Assembly: GCA_035627155.1 (NCBI GenBank)
Contig: DASPMF010000173.1
Coordinates: 1-45,704, forward strand
Source: Burkholderiales bacterium
GTDB lineage: Bacteria; Pseudomonadota; Gammaproteobacteria; Burkholderiales; SG8-39
Direction: 5' to 3'
Length of the DNA stretch: 45,704 nt
The notes beneath the pieces were generated by a model. That model saw nothing but the letters and a program-made list of their open reading frames with translations. It searched no databases and was not told the DNA's origin. The first letter of the stretch is position 1; every line of letters starts with the position of its first letter. This document shows positions 7,088-17,847 of this stretch, piece after piece. Both the position numbers and the translations under genes were made by a program.

Positions 7088-8547
7088 TCGACCTCCTCGA
7101 GGACCATCATGGCCGCGCCGTATGCGCTGGAGCAGCGTTGCTGCACGACCAGCGCGCGCTTTCCCGGCGCGGATGCGCACTCGGGCGTCGCGGCTGCGGG
7201 CGCGGACGTGGTGACGAGCTGGATGTCCTTGGAGCTTGCCGGGCTGGCGCTCACCATGGAGAAGGGCCCTGCGGGCTGCATGCCGAGCCGGGTGAAGTCG
7301 CGCGGCGAGTCGGTCACGATGGCGAGCACGTGGTTCTTGCCCGCCGGACCTGCTGCGCGCACCTCCCAGGAAGGACGCGGCAGACGCAGCGTCTCGCCGG
7401 CCGCGATGCTGTTCGCGGCGTCGAGCTTGTTCGGGAACAGCATGTCGAAGCTCTTGCCGTCGCTGCCGACCATGAGGATGTAAACATGGCCCGCATGGGT
7501 GGACGTGAGCGTGAATTCGACGAAATCCTTGTTGATCCGGAACGCCGGCAGCGAGCCTTGCAGCGTCACCACGCGCCGGTCGTCGCGGTTGCTGTAGATG
7601 TCCTGCAGGGTGTAGTAGGCCGGCGGCTGGGAGGCGACCTTGACCGGGGCGGGCTTCGCGGCTTGCGGCGGCGCTGCGCGCTCGGCGAAGGCCAGCACGG
7701 CGTTGCGGTTGCCCGAAACGGAAACGTGGTGCGGCGTGAAGCCCTTCACGTTCTTCAGGGTCGCGTTGATCCGCGCCTGCGCGCACGAGGCGATCTCCTC
7801 GGCTGAAAGGCCGCCGCTGCCGTCGGCATCGCGCGCAGTGCCCATGCAGTCCCGCCACGCCTGGGTGGCCACGCCGCCCTTGGCAGGCTGGTCGAGGGAA
7901 ACCTCGTTGTCGCGCGCGGCGGCGATGTAGACGTAGTTGTCGACGCCGCGCCCGATGGACCGGGTGCGCAGGCTGCGCGTGAGCACGTTGCTCGGCTTCG
8001 AGCAGGCATCGCCGCCCGCGCGGGAGGCGAACTTCGGCCGGAACAGGGCGCCCGGCGCGTCGGCGCTGCGCGTCGCCACGCCGCCGGAATGGCACGCGTC
8101 GAGGAACACGACCAGCTTCTGCGCCTTGGTGGAAAGGCGCTTCAGTTGCGCCTCGAGCTCCGCGTCGGTGAAGCCGCGGTTGTCGATGGTGACGAGCGCT
8201 TCGGCGCAGCGCTCCTCCGGCTCGCGCACCCGCTGCCGGCTGCCATGGCCGGAGTAGTAAACGAACACCTGGTCGTTTTCGGCCACGCGCTCGTAGAGCT
8301 CGTCGAACGCCCGCACCATGCCTTCGTGCGTCAGCTGGTCGTTCGAGAGGTGGCGAATGTTGGCGTCCTTGACGCCCATGCGCCGGGCGATGGTCCGGGC
8401 GCTTTCCGCGTCGTGCCGCACGCCCAGGAGCGGCGGCACGCCGTCCCGGTACTCCCCGATCGTCATGATCAGGGCGTGCGTCTCCGCCAGCGCGCTCGCA
8501 CAGAGCAGCGCGCCCGCCACGCACGCCGCCCACCTGAGTTTCCCCAT
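7084..8547 (-). CDS. Caspase-family (peptidase C14) protein with signal peptide and DUF4384-like C-terminal domain
   Basis: Signal peptide MGKLRWAACVAGALLCASALA. Catalytic His context VFVYYSGHGS and catalytic Cys context VVFLDACHSGG. C-terminal region VEFTLTSTHAGHVYILMVGSDGKSFDMLFPN...LRLP. ATG at 8547 is preceded by a G-rich RBS. The rest of ORF-track 7084..10413 is an antisense shadow. Confidence 0.85.
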   Translation of the reverse strand: MGKLRWAACVAGALLCASALAETHALIMTIGEYRDGVPPLLGVRHDAESARTIARRMGVKDANIRHLSNDQLTHEGMVRAFDELYERVAENDQVFVYYSGHGSRQRVREPEERCAEALVTIDNRGFTDAELEAQLKRLSTKAQKLVVFLDACHSGGVATRSADAPGALFRPKFASRAGGDACSKPSNVLTRSLRTRSIGRGVDNYVYIAAARDNEVSLDQPAKGGVATQAWRDCMGTARDADGSGGLSAEEIASCAQARINATLKNVKGFTPHHVSVSGNRNAVLAFAERAAPPQAAKPAPVKVASQPPAYYTLQDIYSNRDDRRVVTLQGSLPAFRINKDFVEFTLTSTHAGHVYILMVGSDGKSFDMLFPNKLDAANSIAAGETLRLPRPSWEVRAAGPAGKNHVLAIVTDSPRDFTRLGMQPAGPFSMVSASPASSKDIQLVTTSAPAAATPECASAPGKRALVVQQRCSSAYGAAMMVLEEVE

Positions 8548-8622
8548 GTTTTTCGCCCCCCAGTGGCTACGGCGGCGATTATAGGGGCGCAGGACGGTCC
8601 GGGCGGGGGCTTGCGCAAAGGC

Positions 8623-9255
8623 ATGACGCTTGCCTACGCTTCGGTCGTGCACATCGAAGCGGCCCGAGAGGCCTACCGGCGCTACGCCGGCTTCTACGAC
8701 GCGCTTTTCGGACCCGTTCTCCAGCCCGGCCGCCGCGCGGTGATGAAGGCGCTCGGCTGCCGGCCCGGCGAGCGCATCCTCGAAGTGGGCGTCGGCACGG
8801 GCCTTTCGCTGCCCATGTACCCGCCGTGGGTGCGCATCACCGGCATCGACGTCTCGAGGGAGATGCTCGAGAAGGCGCGCCAGCGCGTGACGCGCGAGAC
8901 GCTCGACAACGTGGACGAGCTGCTCGAGATGGATGCCGAGCACCTGAGCTTCGGCGACGGCAGCTTCGATCGCGTGGTCGCCATGTATGTCGTCTCCGTG
9001 GTGCAGCATCCCGAGCGCGTGATGGCGGAGCTGCGCCGCGTGTGCCGGCCGGGCGGCGAAATCCTCGTGGTGAACCACGTCCGCTCGTCGAACCCGCTTC
9101 TCGGCGCGGTGGAGAAGAGCCTCGCGCCGCTGTCCGCGAAGCTCGGCTGGCATCCGGACTTCGAGCTGGAGAAGATCACCGCCACCGGCGGCACGCTGCT
9201 CGAGATGCGGACCGTCGGCGTGCTCTGGAAGGTCCTGCGGTTTCGAAACGCCTAG
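8623..9255 (+). CDS. Class I SAM-dependent methyltransferase, PmtA (phospholipid N-methyltransferase)-like
   Basis: SAM motif ILEVGVGTGLSL plus acidic loop ITGIDVS. The N-terminus AYRRYAGFYDALFGPVLQPGRRAV resembles rhizobial-type PmtA. In-frame ATG at 8623 within ORF-track 8089..9255. Confidence 0.75.
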   Translation: MTLAYASVVHIEAAREAYRRYAGFYDALFGPVLQPGRRAVMKALGCRPGERILEVGVGTGLSLPMYPPWVRITGIDVSREMLEKARQRVTRETLDNVDELLEMDAEHLSFGDGSFDRVVAMYVVSVVQHPERVMAELRRVCRPGGEILVVNHVRSSNPLLGAVEKSLAPLSAKLGWHPDFELEKITATGGTLLEMRTVGVLWKVLRFRNA

Positions 9256-9279
9256 GCGCCGTCGCGGTATAACGGCGGC

Positions 9280-10089
9280 ATGAACCTGCCAACTGTCCGC
9301 AAGGCCGCCGGGATCGCCTACCGCGAATCCGGCTCCAGTACCTCGCCCGCCGTCGTCCTTCTTCACGGCATCGGCTCCACCTCCGCCGGCTGGCGCGACC
9401 AGTACGGCCCTTTGGGCGAGCGGTACCGCGTCCTCGCCTGGAGCGCCCCCGGCTACCACGACAGCGCGCCGCTCGCTCCCGAAAGCCCGTCCGCGCAGGA
9501 CTACGCGCGCGCACTCGCGGCGTGGCTCGACGCCGTGGGCGCCCGGGAAGCCCACCTCGTGACGAACTCTTGGGGAACGCTCGTCGCGCTCGCGTTCGCC
9601 AGCGCCTTTCCCGGACGCGCGCGTAGCCTGGCCCTGGGCGGGCCGACGGCCGGATCCCACGGCCTGAGCGAAGCGCAGCGCGCCAAGCTCGCCGCGGATC
9701 GCATCGCGCGCGTGCACGGCGTGGGCCTGCAGGCGATGCGCGAGCAGGATGCGCCGCGCCTCGTCGCGCCGGGCGCCCCGGCGCATGTCGTGCAATGGGT
9801 CATCCACGCGGTGCCCGGCGAAGGGCCCACCGCGGAGGGTTACTGCCAGGCCGCGCGAATGCTGTACTCGGTCGACGGGGTGGCGCTGGTCGGTGGCCTC
9901 GACCAGCGCATCCTGGTCGTCTCGGGGGCGCAGGACGTCGTCACGCCGCCGGAGCGCAACGCCCGGCCGCTCGCCGCGGCGGCCCGCAATGCGCAGTTCG
10001 TCTCCATCGATGCGTGCGGGCACCTGCCCCATCTGGAGAAGCCCGAGCGCTTCAACGCGCTCGTCCTCGACTTCCTCGGCGCATCGTGA
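9280..10089 (+). CDS. Alpha/beta-fold hydrolase
   Basis: VVLLHGIGSTS oxyanion region, a nucleophile elbow variant NSWGT, and a C-terminal CGHLPHLEKPE His motif. Confidence 0.85.
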   Translation: MNLPTVRKAAGIAYRESGSSTSPAVVLLHGIGSTSAGWRDQYGPLGERYRVLAWSAPGYHDSAPLAPESPSAQDYARALAAWLDAVGAREAHLVTNSWGTLVALAFASAFPGRARSLALGGPTAGSHGLSEAQRAKLAADRIARVHGVGLQAMREQDAPRLVAPGAPAHVVQWVIHAVPGEGPTAEGYCQAARMLYSVDGVALVGGLDQRILVVSGAQDVVTPPERNARPLAAAARNAQFVSIDACGHLPHLEKPERFNALVLDFLGAS

Positions 10090-10814
10090 AGCACGACCCG
10101 AGCAAGGGCGCGCTGCCGCTCGCGCCCGGCAAGCGCGCCGAAACGATCGAGGAAGCGCTCCTCTCGCGCCGGTCGCTGCGCGCCTTCCGTCCCGACCCTG
10201 TGCCGCGCGAGACCATCGAGCGCATCCTCGCGCTCGCGAGCCGCGCCCCTTCCGGGACGAACGTGCAACCTTGGAAGGTGCACGTCGTCGCCGGGGGCGT
10301 GCGCGACCGCCTTGCGCAGGAGATGCACGCCGGCTTCCTCGAGCATGGCGAGGAGGGCTGGCAGCGCACCTACGCCTACTACCCGACCAAGTGGCGCGAT
10401 CCGTATCTCGCACGCCGGCGCAAGCTCGGCTGGGACCTGTACGGGCTGCTCGGCATCGGCAAGGGCGAGCGCGAGAAGACCAAGCTGCAGCACGCGCGCA
10501 ACTTCAAGTTCTTCGACGCGCCGGTCGCGCTGGTATTCGTCATCGACGACGACCTCGAGACCGGGTCCTGGCTCGACTACGGCATGTTCATCCAGAGCGT
10601 GATGCTCGCCGCACGCGCGTTCGGCCTCGACACCTGCCCGCAGGCCGCGATCGCCTCGGCGCACGAGGTGCTGCGCCGGCACCTGCCCATCGCGCCGAAC
10701 GAGGTCGTGGTCTGCGGGATGTCGCTCGGCTTTGCGCGCGGCGACGCGGTGGAGAACGCCCTCGTCACCGAGCGCGAGCCGGTCGGGGGCTTCGCGCGGT
10801 TCCACGGCTTCTAG
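10086..10814 (+). CDS. Nitroreductase-family FMN oxidoreductase
   Basis: LSRRSLRAFRPDPVP...APSGTNVQPWKV is a typical nitroreductase N-terminus. GTG 10086 overlaps the upstream stop (GTGA). Confidence 0.85.
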   Translation: MKHDPSKGALPLAPGKRAETIEEALLSRRSLRAFRPDPVPRETIERILALASRAPSGTNVQPWKVHVVAGGVRDRLAQEMHAGFLEHGEEGWQRTYAYYPTKWRDPYLARRRKLGWDLYGLLGIGKGEREKTKLQHARNFKFFDAPVALVFVIDDDLETGSWLDYGMFIQSVMLAARAFGLDTCPQAAIASAHEVLRRHLPIAPNEVVVCGMSLGFARGDAVENALVTEREPVGGFARFHGF

Positions 10815-11908
10815 CCGATGATGTTCCGTTCGACCAGCGGCTCTGCGGCAAGGATCCTTTCCCAGCCGAGCGGCGAGAGGTCGAGGCTGCGGAACTCGCC
10901 GTAGAGCATCTTCTCGGCCAGCGCCCGTCCGGCAGCCGGCGCGTGCTGCATGCCGTGGCCCGAGAAGCCGTTGATGAACCACAGCCCCGGCCGCGCGGGA
11001 TGGCTGCCGATGATCGCGTTTTGATCGAAGAGGTTCATCTCGTAGTACCCCGCCCACGCGCGCTCCACGCGCAGCGCCTCGAACGCGGGCACGCGGTGCG
11101 CCATGCGCTCCCAGAGGCCGTCGTCGAATTCCGCATAGTCCGGCTCGAGGGGCAGGTCGTCCGCATCGTCCTTCGGCTCGTCGCCCGCGATGAAGACTTC
11201 GCCGTCCGGCCGGAACCAGAACCCGCCCGGGTCGATCACGAGGGGACAGCCCGGCAGCTTCGCCGGGCAGCTGAGGACGAAGACCGTGCGGCGCCGGGCG
11301 TGCACCGGCAGGTCGATGCCCGCGCTCGCCGCGAGGGCGCGCGCCCACGGTCCCGCGGCATTGACGATGGCGCGGCACTGTAGGACGTCGTTCTTCAGCT
11401 TCACGCCCCCCGGCGCGAGGGCGAGCGCCTCGTCGTGCAGCAGCCGCGCGCCTTGTTGCCGCGCGCTCGCGAGGAAGAAGCTGTGCAGCCCCTGGCCGTC
11501 GAACCAGCCTTCGCCGGAAACGCCGAGCGAGCCCTGCTCGATGCCGGCGGCGTTCAGCCACGGGAAACGCTTCTCGAGGGACGCCTTGTCCAGCAGAACG
11601 ATGTCGGCGCCGCATTCGCGCTGCACGGCATGGACGGCGCGGAAGTCGCAACCGAGATACAGGTAGCCGCTTTCGTTGAAGGCGATGGCGTGCTCGCGCA
11701 GGAACTGCGCGCCGAAGAGCGACATGCGCACGTTGACCGCGCTCGAGAACTGCTGGCGGATGGAGCTTGCCGAGAGCGCGGAGGAAGCGTGCGCGAAGCT
11801 GCGGTCGCGCTCGACGAGGACCACGGAGATGCCGGGCTGGAGGCGCGTCAGCCAGTAGGCGACCGATGCGCCCATGACGCCCGCGCCGACGATCGCGACG
11901 TCGATCAC
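10811..11908 (-). CDS. FAD-dependent oxidoreductase (DAO family)
   Basis: N-terminal dinucleotide fold VAIVGAGVMGASVAYWL. The GTG start overlaps the upstream stop (GTGA). Confidence 0.85.
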   Translation of the reverse strand: MIDVAIVGAGVMGASVAYWLTRLQPGISVVLVERDRSFAHASSALSASSIRQQFSSAVNVRMSLFGAQFLREHAIAFNESGYLYLGCDFRAVHAVQRECGADIVLLDKASLEKRFPWLNAAGIEQGSLGVSGEGWFDGQGLHSFFLASARQQGARLLHDEALALAPGGVKLKNDVLQCRAIVNAAGPWARALAASAGIDLPVHARRRTVFVLSCPAKLPGCPLVIDPGGFWFRPDGEVFIAGDEPKDDADDLPLEPDYAEFDDGLWERMAHRVPAFEALRVERAWAGYYEMNLFDQNAIIGSHPARPGLWFINGFSGHGMQHAPAAGRALAEKMLYGEFRSLDLSPLGWERILAAEPLVERNIIG

Positions 11909-12809
11909 TTCTGCTTCGAGAACGCGTGGAAGACCAGCCGGGCGGCGACGGCGTCCTCGACTGCCTGGCCGAGGGCCTTGAAGACGATGGTGCTGCCGGC
12001 ACGGGGAGGGGGCTTCGTGCCGGCGAGGAGCTCGCCGATCTCGGCGTAGACCTGCGCCTTGCCGAGGATGACGTCGCCCGCCTCCTGGAGCGCGGATTCG
12101 CGGCTGTCGGCGATGACCACGTTTCGCATGGCGTCGTCATCCAGCTCTCGCCACGTCGGGCGAGGCGCGCCCACGGCGCAGACGAAGGCGCCCGGCTTGA
12201 GCCAGGCACCCTTAAGGACCGGCTCCGAGGCGCTCGTGACCGTGCACACGATGTCGGCGCCGCGCACCGCTTCCTCGGCGCTCGCGCACGCCCGGCCGCC
12301 GACCTCCCCGGCGCAGCGGCGCACGTTGTCCGGGTTGCGGCTCCAGATGCGAAGCTCCGCGACCGCACGCACCGCGCGCAGGGCGAGCGCGTGGCTGCGG
12401 GCGAGGGCGCCGCTGCCCAGCATCGCGACGACCTTGGGTCCGGGCGACGTCAGGGCGTCCACGCCAACTGCCGACACGGCCGCGGTGCGCAGCTCGGTGA
12501 TCCATGTGCCATCCAGCACCGCAAGCGTGCGGCCGGTGGAAGGCTCGGTGAGCACGATCGTCGCGAGCAACGTGGGCAGGCCGCGCTCCGCGTTGCGCGG
12601 GATCAGCGTGATGAGCTTCGTCGCGAGCGTGTCGCCGGTGAGCGCGGGCTTCACGAACAACAGCCCTCGCTCCGACGGGATATCCATTACGAGGCGCAGC
12701 GGCTGGACCACCTCGCCGGCGGAAAGGTCGACCAGCGCCTGGCGGATCGCCGTCAGCAGCGCCTCGAGCCGCAGGTGACGACGCACGGCGGCGTCGTCGA
12801 TCTGTACGG

Positions 12810-12813
<4 letters not shown>
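11905..12813 (-). CDS. Ornithine cyclodeaminase / mu-crystallin family protein
   Basis: Family-typical layout with NAD-binding GSGALARSHALAL and LRTAAVSAV. The start overlaps the selO stop (ATGA). Confidence 0.85.
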
Positions 12814-14330
<1,517 letters not shown>

Positions 14331-14425
14331 GGGCGCGTGCAAGCGTATCCCAATGCGGAGCACGATTCTTGCCCGGGAAACTTCAGCGGGGCCGGGGCCT
14401 CCCAGAAGAGATCACCCTCACGGAG

Positions 14426-14623
14426 ATGCCCATGCCAGGGAAATCGGAATTCGGGCGGGACGCCAGCAATCTGCGCGCCCCGATCACCCATGACGAGCTG
14501 CGCGAAGTGATCGAGGAAGGCGCCTGGCTGCGCGCCCGCAGGGCCGGCCGCGTGCGCTGCAGCGAGGACGACTGGGCCGCGGCCGAGGCGGAGATCCTCA
14601 GGCGCCTCGGCGCCGAAAGCTAG
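14426..14623 (+). CDS. Small DUF2934-like protein
   Basis: AWLRARRAGRVRCSEDDWAAAEAEI matches the W..RG....DW..AE pattern I associate with DUF2934. GGAG lies just upstream. The second ATG at 14432 has better RBS spacing. Confidence 0.5.
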   Translation: MPMPGKSEFGRDASNLRAPITHDELREVIEEGAWLRARRAGRVRCSEDDWAAAEAEILRRLGAES

Positions 14624-14696
14624 CGCGACGTCGAAAGGGCGCCGCAACGCGTGGCGCGCCCGTTACGCGGGTTCAATCGTTGCTTTGGGCTCGGCC

Positions 14697-15707
14697 ATGG
14701 AATTCGGATGGCCGACCATGCTGTGGTCGCTCCTCGCGCTGCCGCTTCTCGTCGCGACCTACGTCGCGCACCTGTCGCGGCGCCGCGAGGTCGCGCGTCG
14801 TTACGCGGCGCTGCTGCCGGCCGCGGAAGCGCGCGGCGCACGTTCCGCTTTGCGCCACCTCCCGGCGGGGCTGCTCTTCGTCGCGATTGCGGCGCTCCTC
14901 GTTTCCGCAGCGCGCCCGACGGTGGTGCTGCCGCTGCCGGCGCACCATGAGACCGTCATCCTCGCCATCGACGTCTCCCACAGCATGCGCGCCGAGGACG
15001 CCCAGCCGAACCGCCTCGCCGCCGCGCAATCCGCGGCGAGAGCGTTCATCCAGGGGCAGCGCCCGACGACGCGCATCGGCCTGGTGGCCTTCTCCGGCGA
15101 GGCCCGGCTGGTCCAGGCGGCGACGGAGGATCGCGAGGCGCTCGGGCGCGCGGTGGATTCGCTGCAGACGCAGGACGCCACCGCCATCGGCGCCGCCATC
15201 CTTGCATCGGTGCAGGCGCTTCTCCCGGAGGCCGCCATCGGGCCGGATGCACCGGGCCCCCGCGACGCGCTCTACGGCAGCGGCCGCGCCGCGCCGAAGG
15301 AGCCGGGCTTGCTCGATTCCGCGGCCGTGATCCTGCTCAGCGACGGACAGAACACCGTGGGCCCCGACGCAATGGATTCGGCGTACCTCGCGGCGGAGCA
15401 TGGCGTGCGCATCTACACGGTGGGCTTCGGAACGTCGAGCGGGACGACGGTCGGCGGTCCCGGCTGGTCGGTGCACGTTTACCTGGACGAGCCGCTCCTG
15501 CGCGACATCGCCGCCACCACGCGGGCGGAGTATTTCCACGCCGAGACGGCCGCGGAGCTGAACGACATCTACCGCAAGCTGACTTCCACCCTCGTGCTGG
15601 AAAGCAAGCCGACCGAGCTCACCGTCGCGTTCTGCATCGCGGCCATGCTCGCCGCGCTGCTCGCCGGCGGGCTCTCGCTCGTTTCGTTCCGGCCGGTGAC
15701 CGCCTAG
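14697..15707 (+). CDS. VWA-domain membrane protein (BatA-like)
   Basis: MIDAS motif DVSHSM, then LVAFSGEA and ILLSDGQNT. N- and C-terminal TM segments. I prefer the ATG at 14697 to the TTG at 14685. Confidence 0.85.
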   Translation: MEFGWPTMLWSLLALPLLVATYVAHLSRRREVARRYAALLPAAEARGARSALRHLPAGLLFVAIAALLVSAARPTVVLPLPAHHETVILAIDVSHSMRAEDAQPNRLAAAQSAARAFIQGQRPTTRIGLVAFSGEARLVQAATEDREALGRAVDSLQTQDATAIGAAILASVQALLPEAAIGPDAPGPRDALYGSGRAAPKEPGLLDSAAVILLSDGQNTVGPDAMDSAYLAAEHGVRIYTVGFGTSSGTTVGGPGWSVHVYLDEPLLRDIAATTRAEYFHAETAAELNDIYRKLTSTLVLESKPTELTVAFCIAAMLAALLAGGLSLVSFRPVTA

Positions 15708-15708
15708 G

Positions 15709-16680
15709 TCACTCCGCGCGGATCTTCGCGTCGCGCACGACGCGGCCCCATTTCTCGAAGTCCGCCTTCAGCTTCTCGACCGTCGCCGCCGGCTGCAGGA
15801 CCTGCGCATCGCACCCGGTCGCGTTGATCTGGTCCATCACTACTCGGTCGCCGGCGACCTTGGCGAGCGCCTGGGTCCAGCGGGTGACGACTTCCTGCGG
15901 CAGGCCGGCCGGGCCGAGCAGCCCGTACCAGGCCGTGGATTCGAAGCCCTTCATGCCGAGCTCGTCCATGGTGGGAACGTCCGGAAAGGCGGCCGAGCGC
16001 TGCAGCGACGTGACGGCCAGCGCGCGGATCTTGCCGCTCTTCACGGCGCCGACGGCGGGGCCGAGCGACGAGAAGAGCATCGGCACCTGGCCGCCCATCA
16101 GGTCCGTCATCGCCGGGCCGCCGCCCTTGTAGGGCACGTGCAGGAGCACCGCGCCGGTGACGCTCTTGAAGTACTCGCCGGAAAGGTGGTGCGGCCCGCC
16201 CACGCCGGAGGTGCCGTAGCTCCATTTCGTCGGCTCGCGCTTCGAGATCTCGATCACGTCGGCCAGGCTGCGAAACGGCGTGGAAGGATGCACCACCAGG
16301 AGGCTGCCGCTGCCGCACACGTGGCCGAGGTGCGTGAACGACTTCATGTTGTCGTAGCTCACCTTGTTGAGGTGCGGCGCGACGGTGAGCGGGCCGCTGT
16401 CGAAGTAGTAGAGGGTGTAGCCGTCCGCCGGGGCCCTGGCGATCGCGTCCATGGCGACGCCGCCGGCGTTACCGGGCCGGTACTCGAACACGAGCGGCTG
16501 GCCCAGGATCGGCTCCAGCGCGCGAGCGAGCGGCCGCGCGCCGGCCTCCGCCGAGCCCCCGGGGGCATAGCCGATCATGAGCCGGATCGGCTTGGCGGGA
16601 TAGCCTTGTGCGAATGCGGATGAAGCGGAAACCGCGAGCAGGGCGGCTGCGGCTACGACGAATGGGCGCTTCCAGGGCAT
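15709..16680 (-). CDS. Bug-family (TctC-like) tripartite tricarboxylate transporter substrate-binding protein
   Basis: The signal peptide followed by YPAKPIRLMIGYAPGGSAE...YRPGNAGGVA is the Bug-family signature region. A strong RBS (GAGGAGG) precedes the ATG at 16680. Confidence 0.85.
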   Translation of the reverse strand: MPWKRPFVVAAAALLAVSASSAFAQGYPAKPIRLMIGYAPGGSAEAGARPLARALEPILGQPLVFEYRPGNAGGVAMDAIARAPADGYTLYYFDSGPLTVAPHLNKVSYDNMKSFTHLGHVCGSGSLLVVHPSTPFRSLADVIEISKREPTKWSYGTSGVGGPHHLSGEYFKSVTGAVLLHVPYKGGGPAMTDLMGGQVPMLFSSLGPAVGAVKSGKIRALAVTSLQRSAAFPDVPTMDELGMKGFESTAWYGLLGPAGLPQEVVTRWTQALAKVAGDRVVMDQINATGCDAQVLQPAATVEKLKADFEKWGRVVRDAKIRAE

Positions 16681-16726
16681 CGGGTGTTCCTCCTCTGCGG
16701 CCATTCTAGGCTGAGGCTAAACTCGT

Positions 16727-17845
16727 TTGGTGCGCTGGATCGAGCAACAGGCCGAAGGCGGGACGTGCGTGCTTTACCTCGGTGGGGTGTGGCGCCTGCC
16801 GAACCTGCGCGGCATCGCGGAGGCGCTGCGCGGGGTGCGCGTGCCGGGCAGCGCGCCGGTGATCCTGGACGGCAGCCGCCTCGAGGCGCTGGACACCGCG
16901 GCGGGCTTCACCCTTTTCCGCTACCTCTCGTCGCACGGCTGCACCGAGGCGACGGTCACGGCGCGCGGCTTCGACCCCGCCCACCGCCGGCTGCTCGCGC
17001 TCGTGCACGAGCGGATGAAGAGCGAGCCTTCGGAGGCCCACGCGCGCCACCTCGGGCTGGTGCATCGCATCGGCCACGCAACGGTGGACCTCGCGCTTCT
17101 GCTTCGCGACCACACCCGCTTCCTGGGCCGCGTGGCGGTCGAGCTCCTCGGCCTGCTGCGCCGGCCGGGACGCTTCCGCGTACGCGAGACGGTTTCGCAA
17201 TTCGAGGACGTGGGGCTCGACGCCATTCCGATCGTGGCGCTCGTGACTTTCCTGATCGGCGTGGTCTTCGCCTACCTGCTCGGCGTGCAGGCGCAGCGCT
17301 ACGGGGCCAATATCTTCGTCGTCGACGGCGTCGGCATGGCGATCTGCCGGGAGCTTTCGCCGATGCTCGCCGCGATCCTGGTCGCCGGGCGCTCAGGCGC
17401 GGCGTTCACCGCGCAGCTCGGCACCATGCGCGTGCAGGAGGAGGTGGACGCGATCTCCACGCTGGGCCTCGCGCCCATCCAGGTGCTCGTCGTGCCGCGC
17501 CTCGCCGCCATCATGGTCGCGCTGCCGCTGCTCGCTTTCGTCGGCGACGTCGCGGGCATCGCCGGCGGCATGGCGGTCACGGCCTGGCAGCTCGACATCT
17601 CGCCCGCCACGTTCATGGACCGGCTGCATGCGACGCTTCCGGTCAGCTACCTCGCGGTCGGCCTCGCTAAGACGCCGGTCTTCGCCGCCTTCATCGCGCT
17701 GATCGCCTGCCGCATGGGGCTTTCGGTGGCGCGCGACGCGCGCAGCGTCGGCATCAACACGACCTCCACCGTGGTGCAGGGCATCGTCGCGGTCATCGTG
17801 CTCGACGCGATCTTCGCGGTGGTGCTGCAGCACCTGGACATCTAG
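16727..17845 (+). CDS. MlaE-family ABC permease with N-terminal STAS/MlaB-like extension
   Basis: The C-terminal ~250 aa is MlaE-like (ELSPMLAAILVAGRSGAAFTAQLGTMRVQEEVDA). The N-terminal ~115 aa (LYLGGVWRL...VILDGSRLEALDTAAGFTLF) looks like an anti-sigma-antagonist/STAS fold. Confidence 0.85.
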   Translation: MVRWIEQQAEGGTCVLYLGGVWRLPNLRGIAEALRGVRVPGSAPVILDGSRLEALDTAAGFTLFRYLSSHGCTEATVTARGFDPAHRRLLALVHERMKSEPSEAHARHLGLVHRIGHATVDLALLLRDHTRFLGRVAVELLGLLRRPGRFRVRETVSQFEDVGLDAIPIVALVTFLIGVVFAYLLGVQAQRYGANIFVVDGVGMAICRELSPMLAAILVAGRSGAAFTAQLGTMRVQEEVDAISTLGLAPIQVLVVPRLAAIMVALPLLAFVGDVAGIAGGMAVTAWQLDISPATFMDRLHATLPVSYLAVGLAKTPVFAAFIALIACRMGLSVARDARSVGINTTSTVVQGIVAVIVLDAIFAVVLQHLDI

Positions 17846-17847
17846 CG

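Noticed and set aside
7088-8533. Upstream extension of ORF 6212..8533 (-), 773 aa.
   Set aside because: It is out of frame over the caspase gene and has a junk-like composition. The real product starts at ATG 7087 with a signal peptide.
8548-10413. N-terminal ~620 aa of the 1109-aa ORF 7084..10413 (-).
   Set aside because: This part is Arg/Ala/Gly-rich low-complexity sequence, antisense to three well-supported plus-strand genes (methyltransferase, hydrolase, nitroreductase). The recognisable caspase protein starts at the internal ATG 8547, which has its own RBS and signal peptide.
9840-12368. 842-aa ORF on the minus strand.
   Set aside because: It is a high-GC shadow ORF spanning parts of four better-supported genes in other frames or on the other strand. 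It has no motifs and an extreme Arg/Ala/Pro content.
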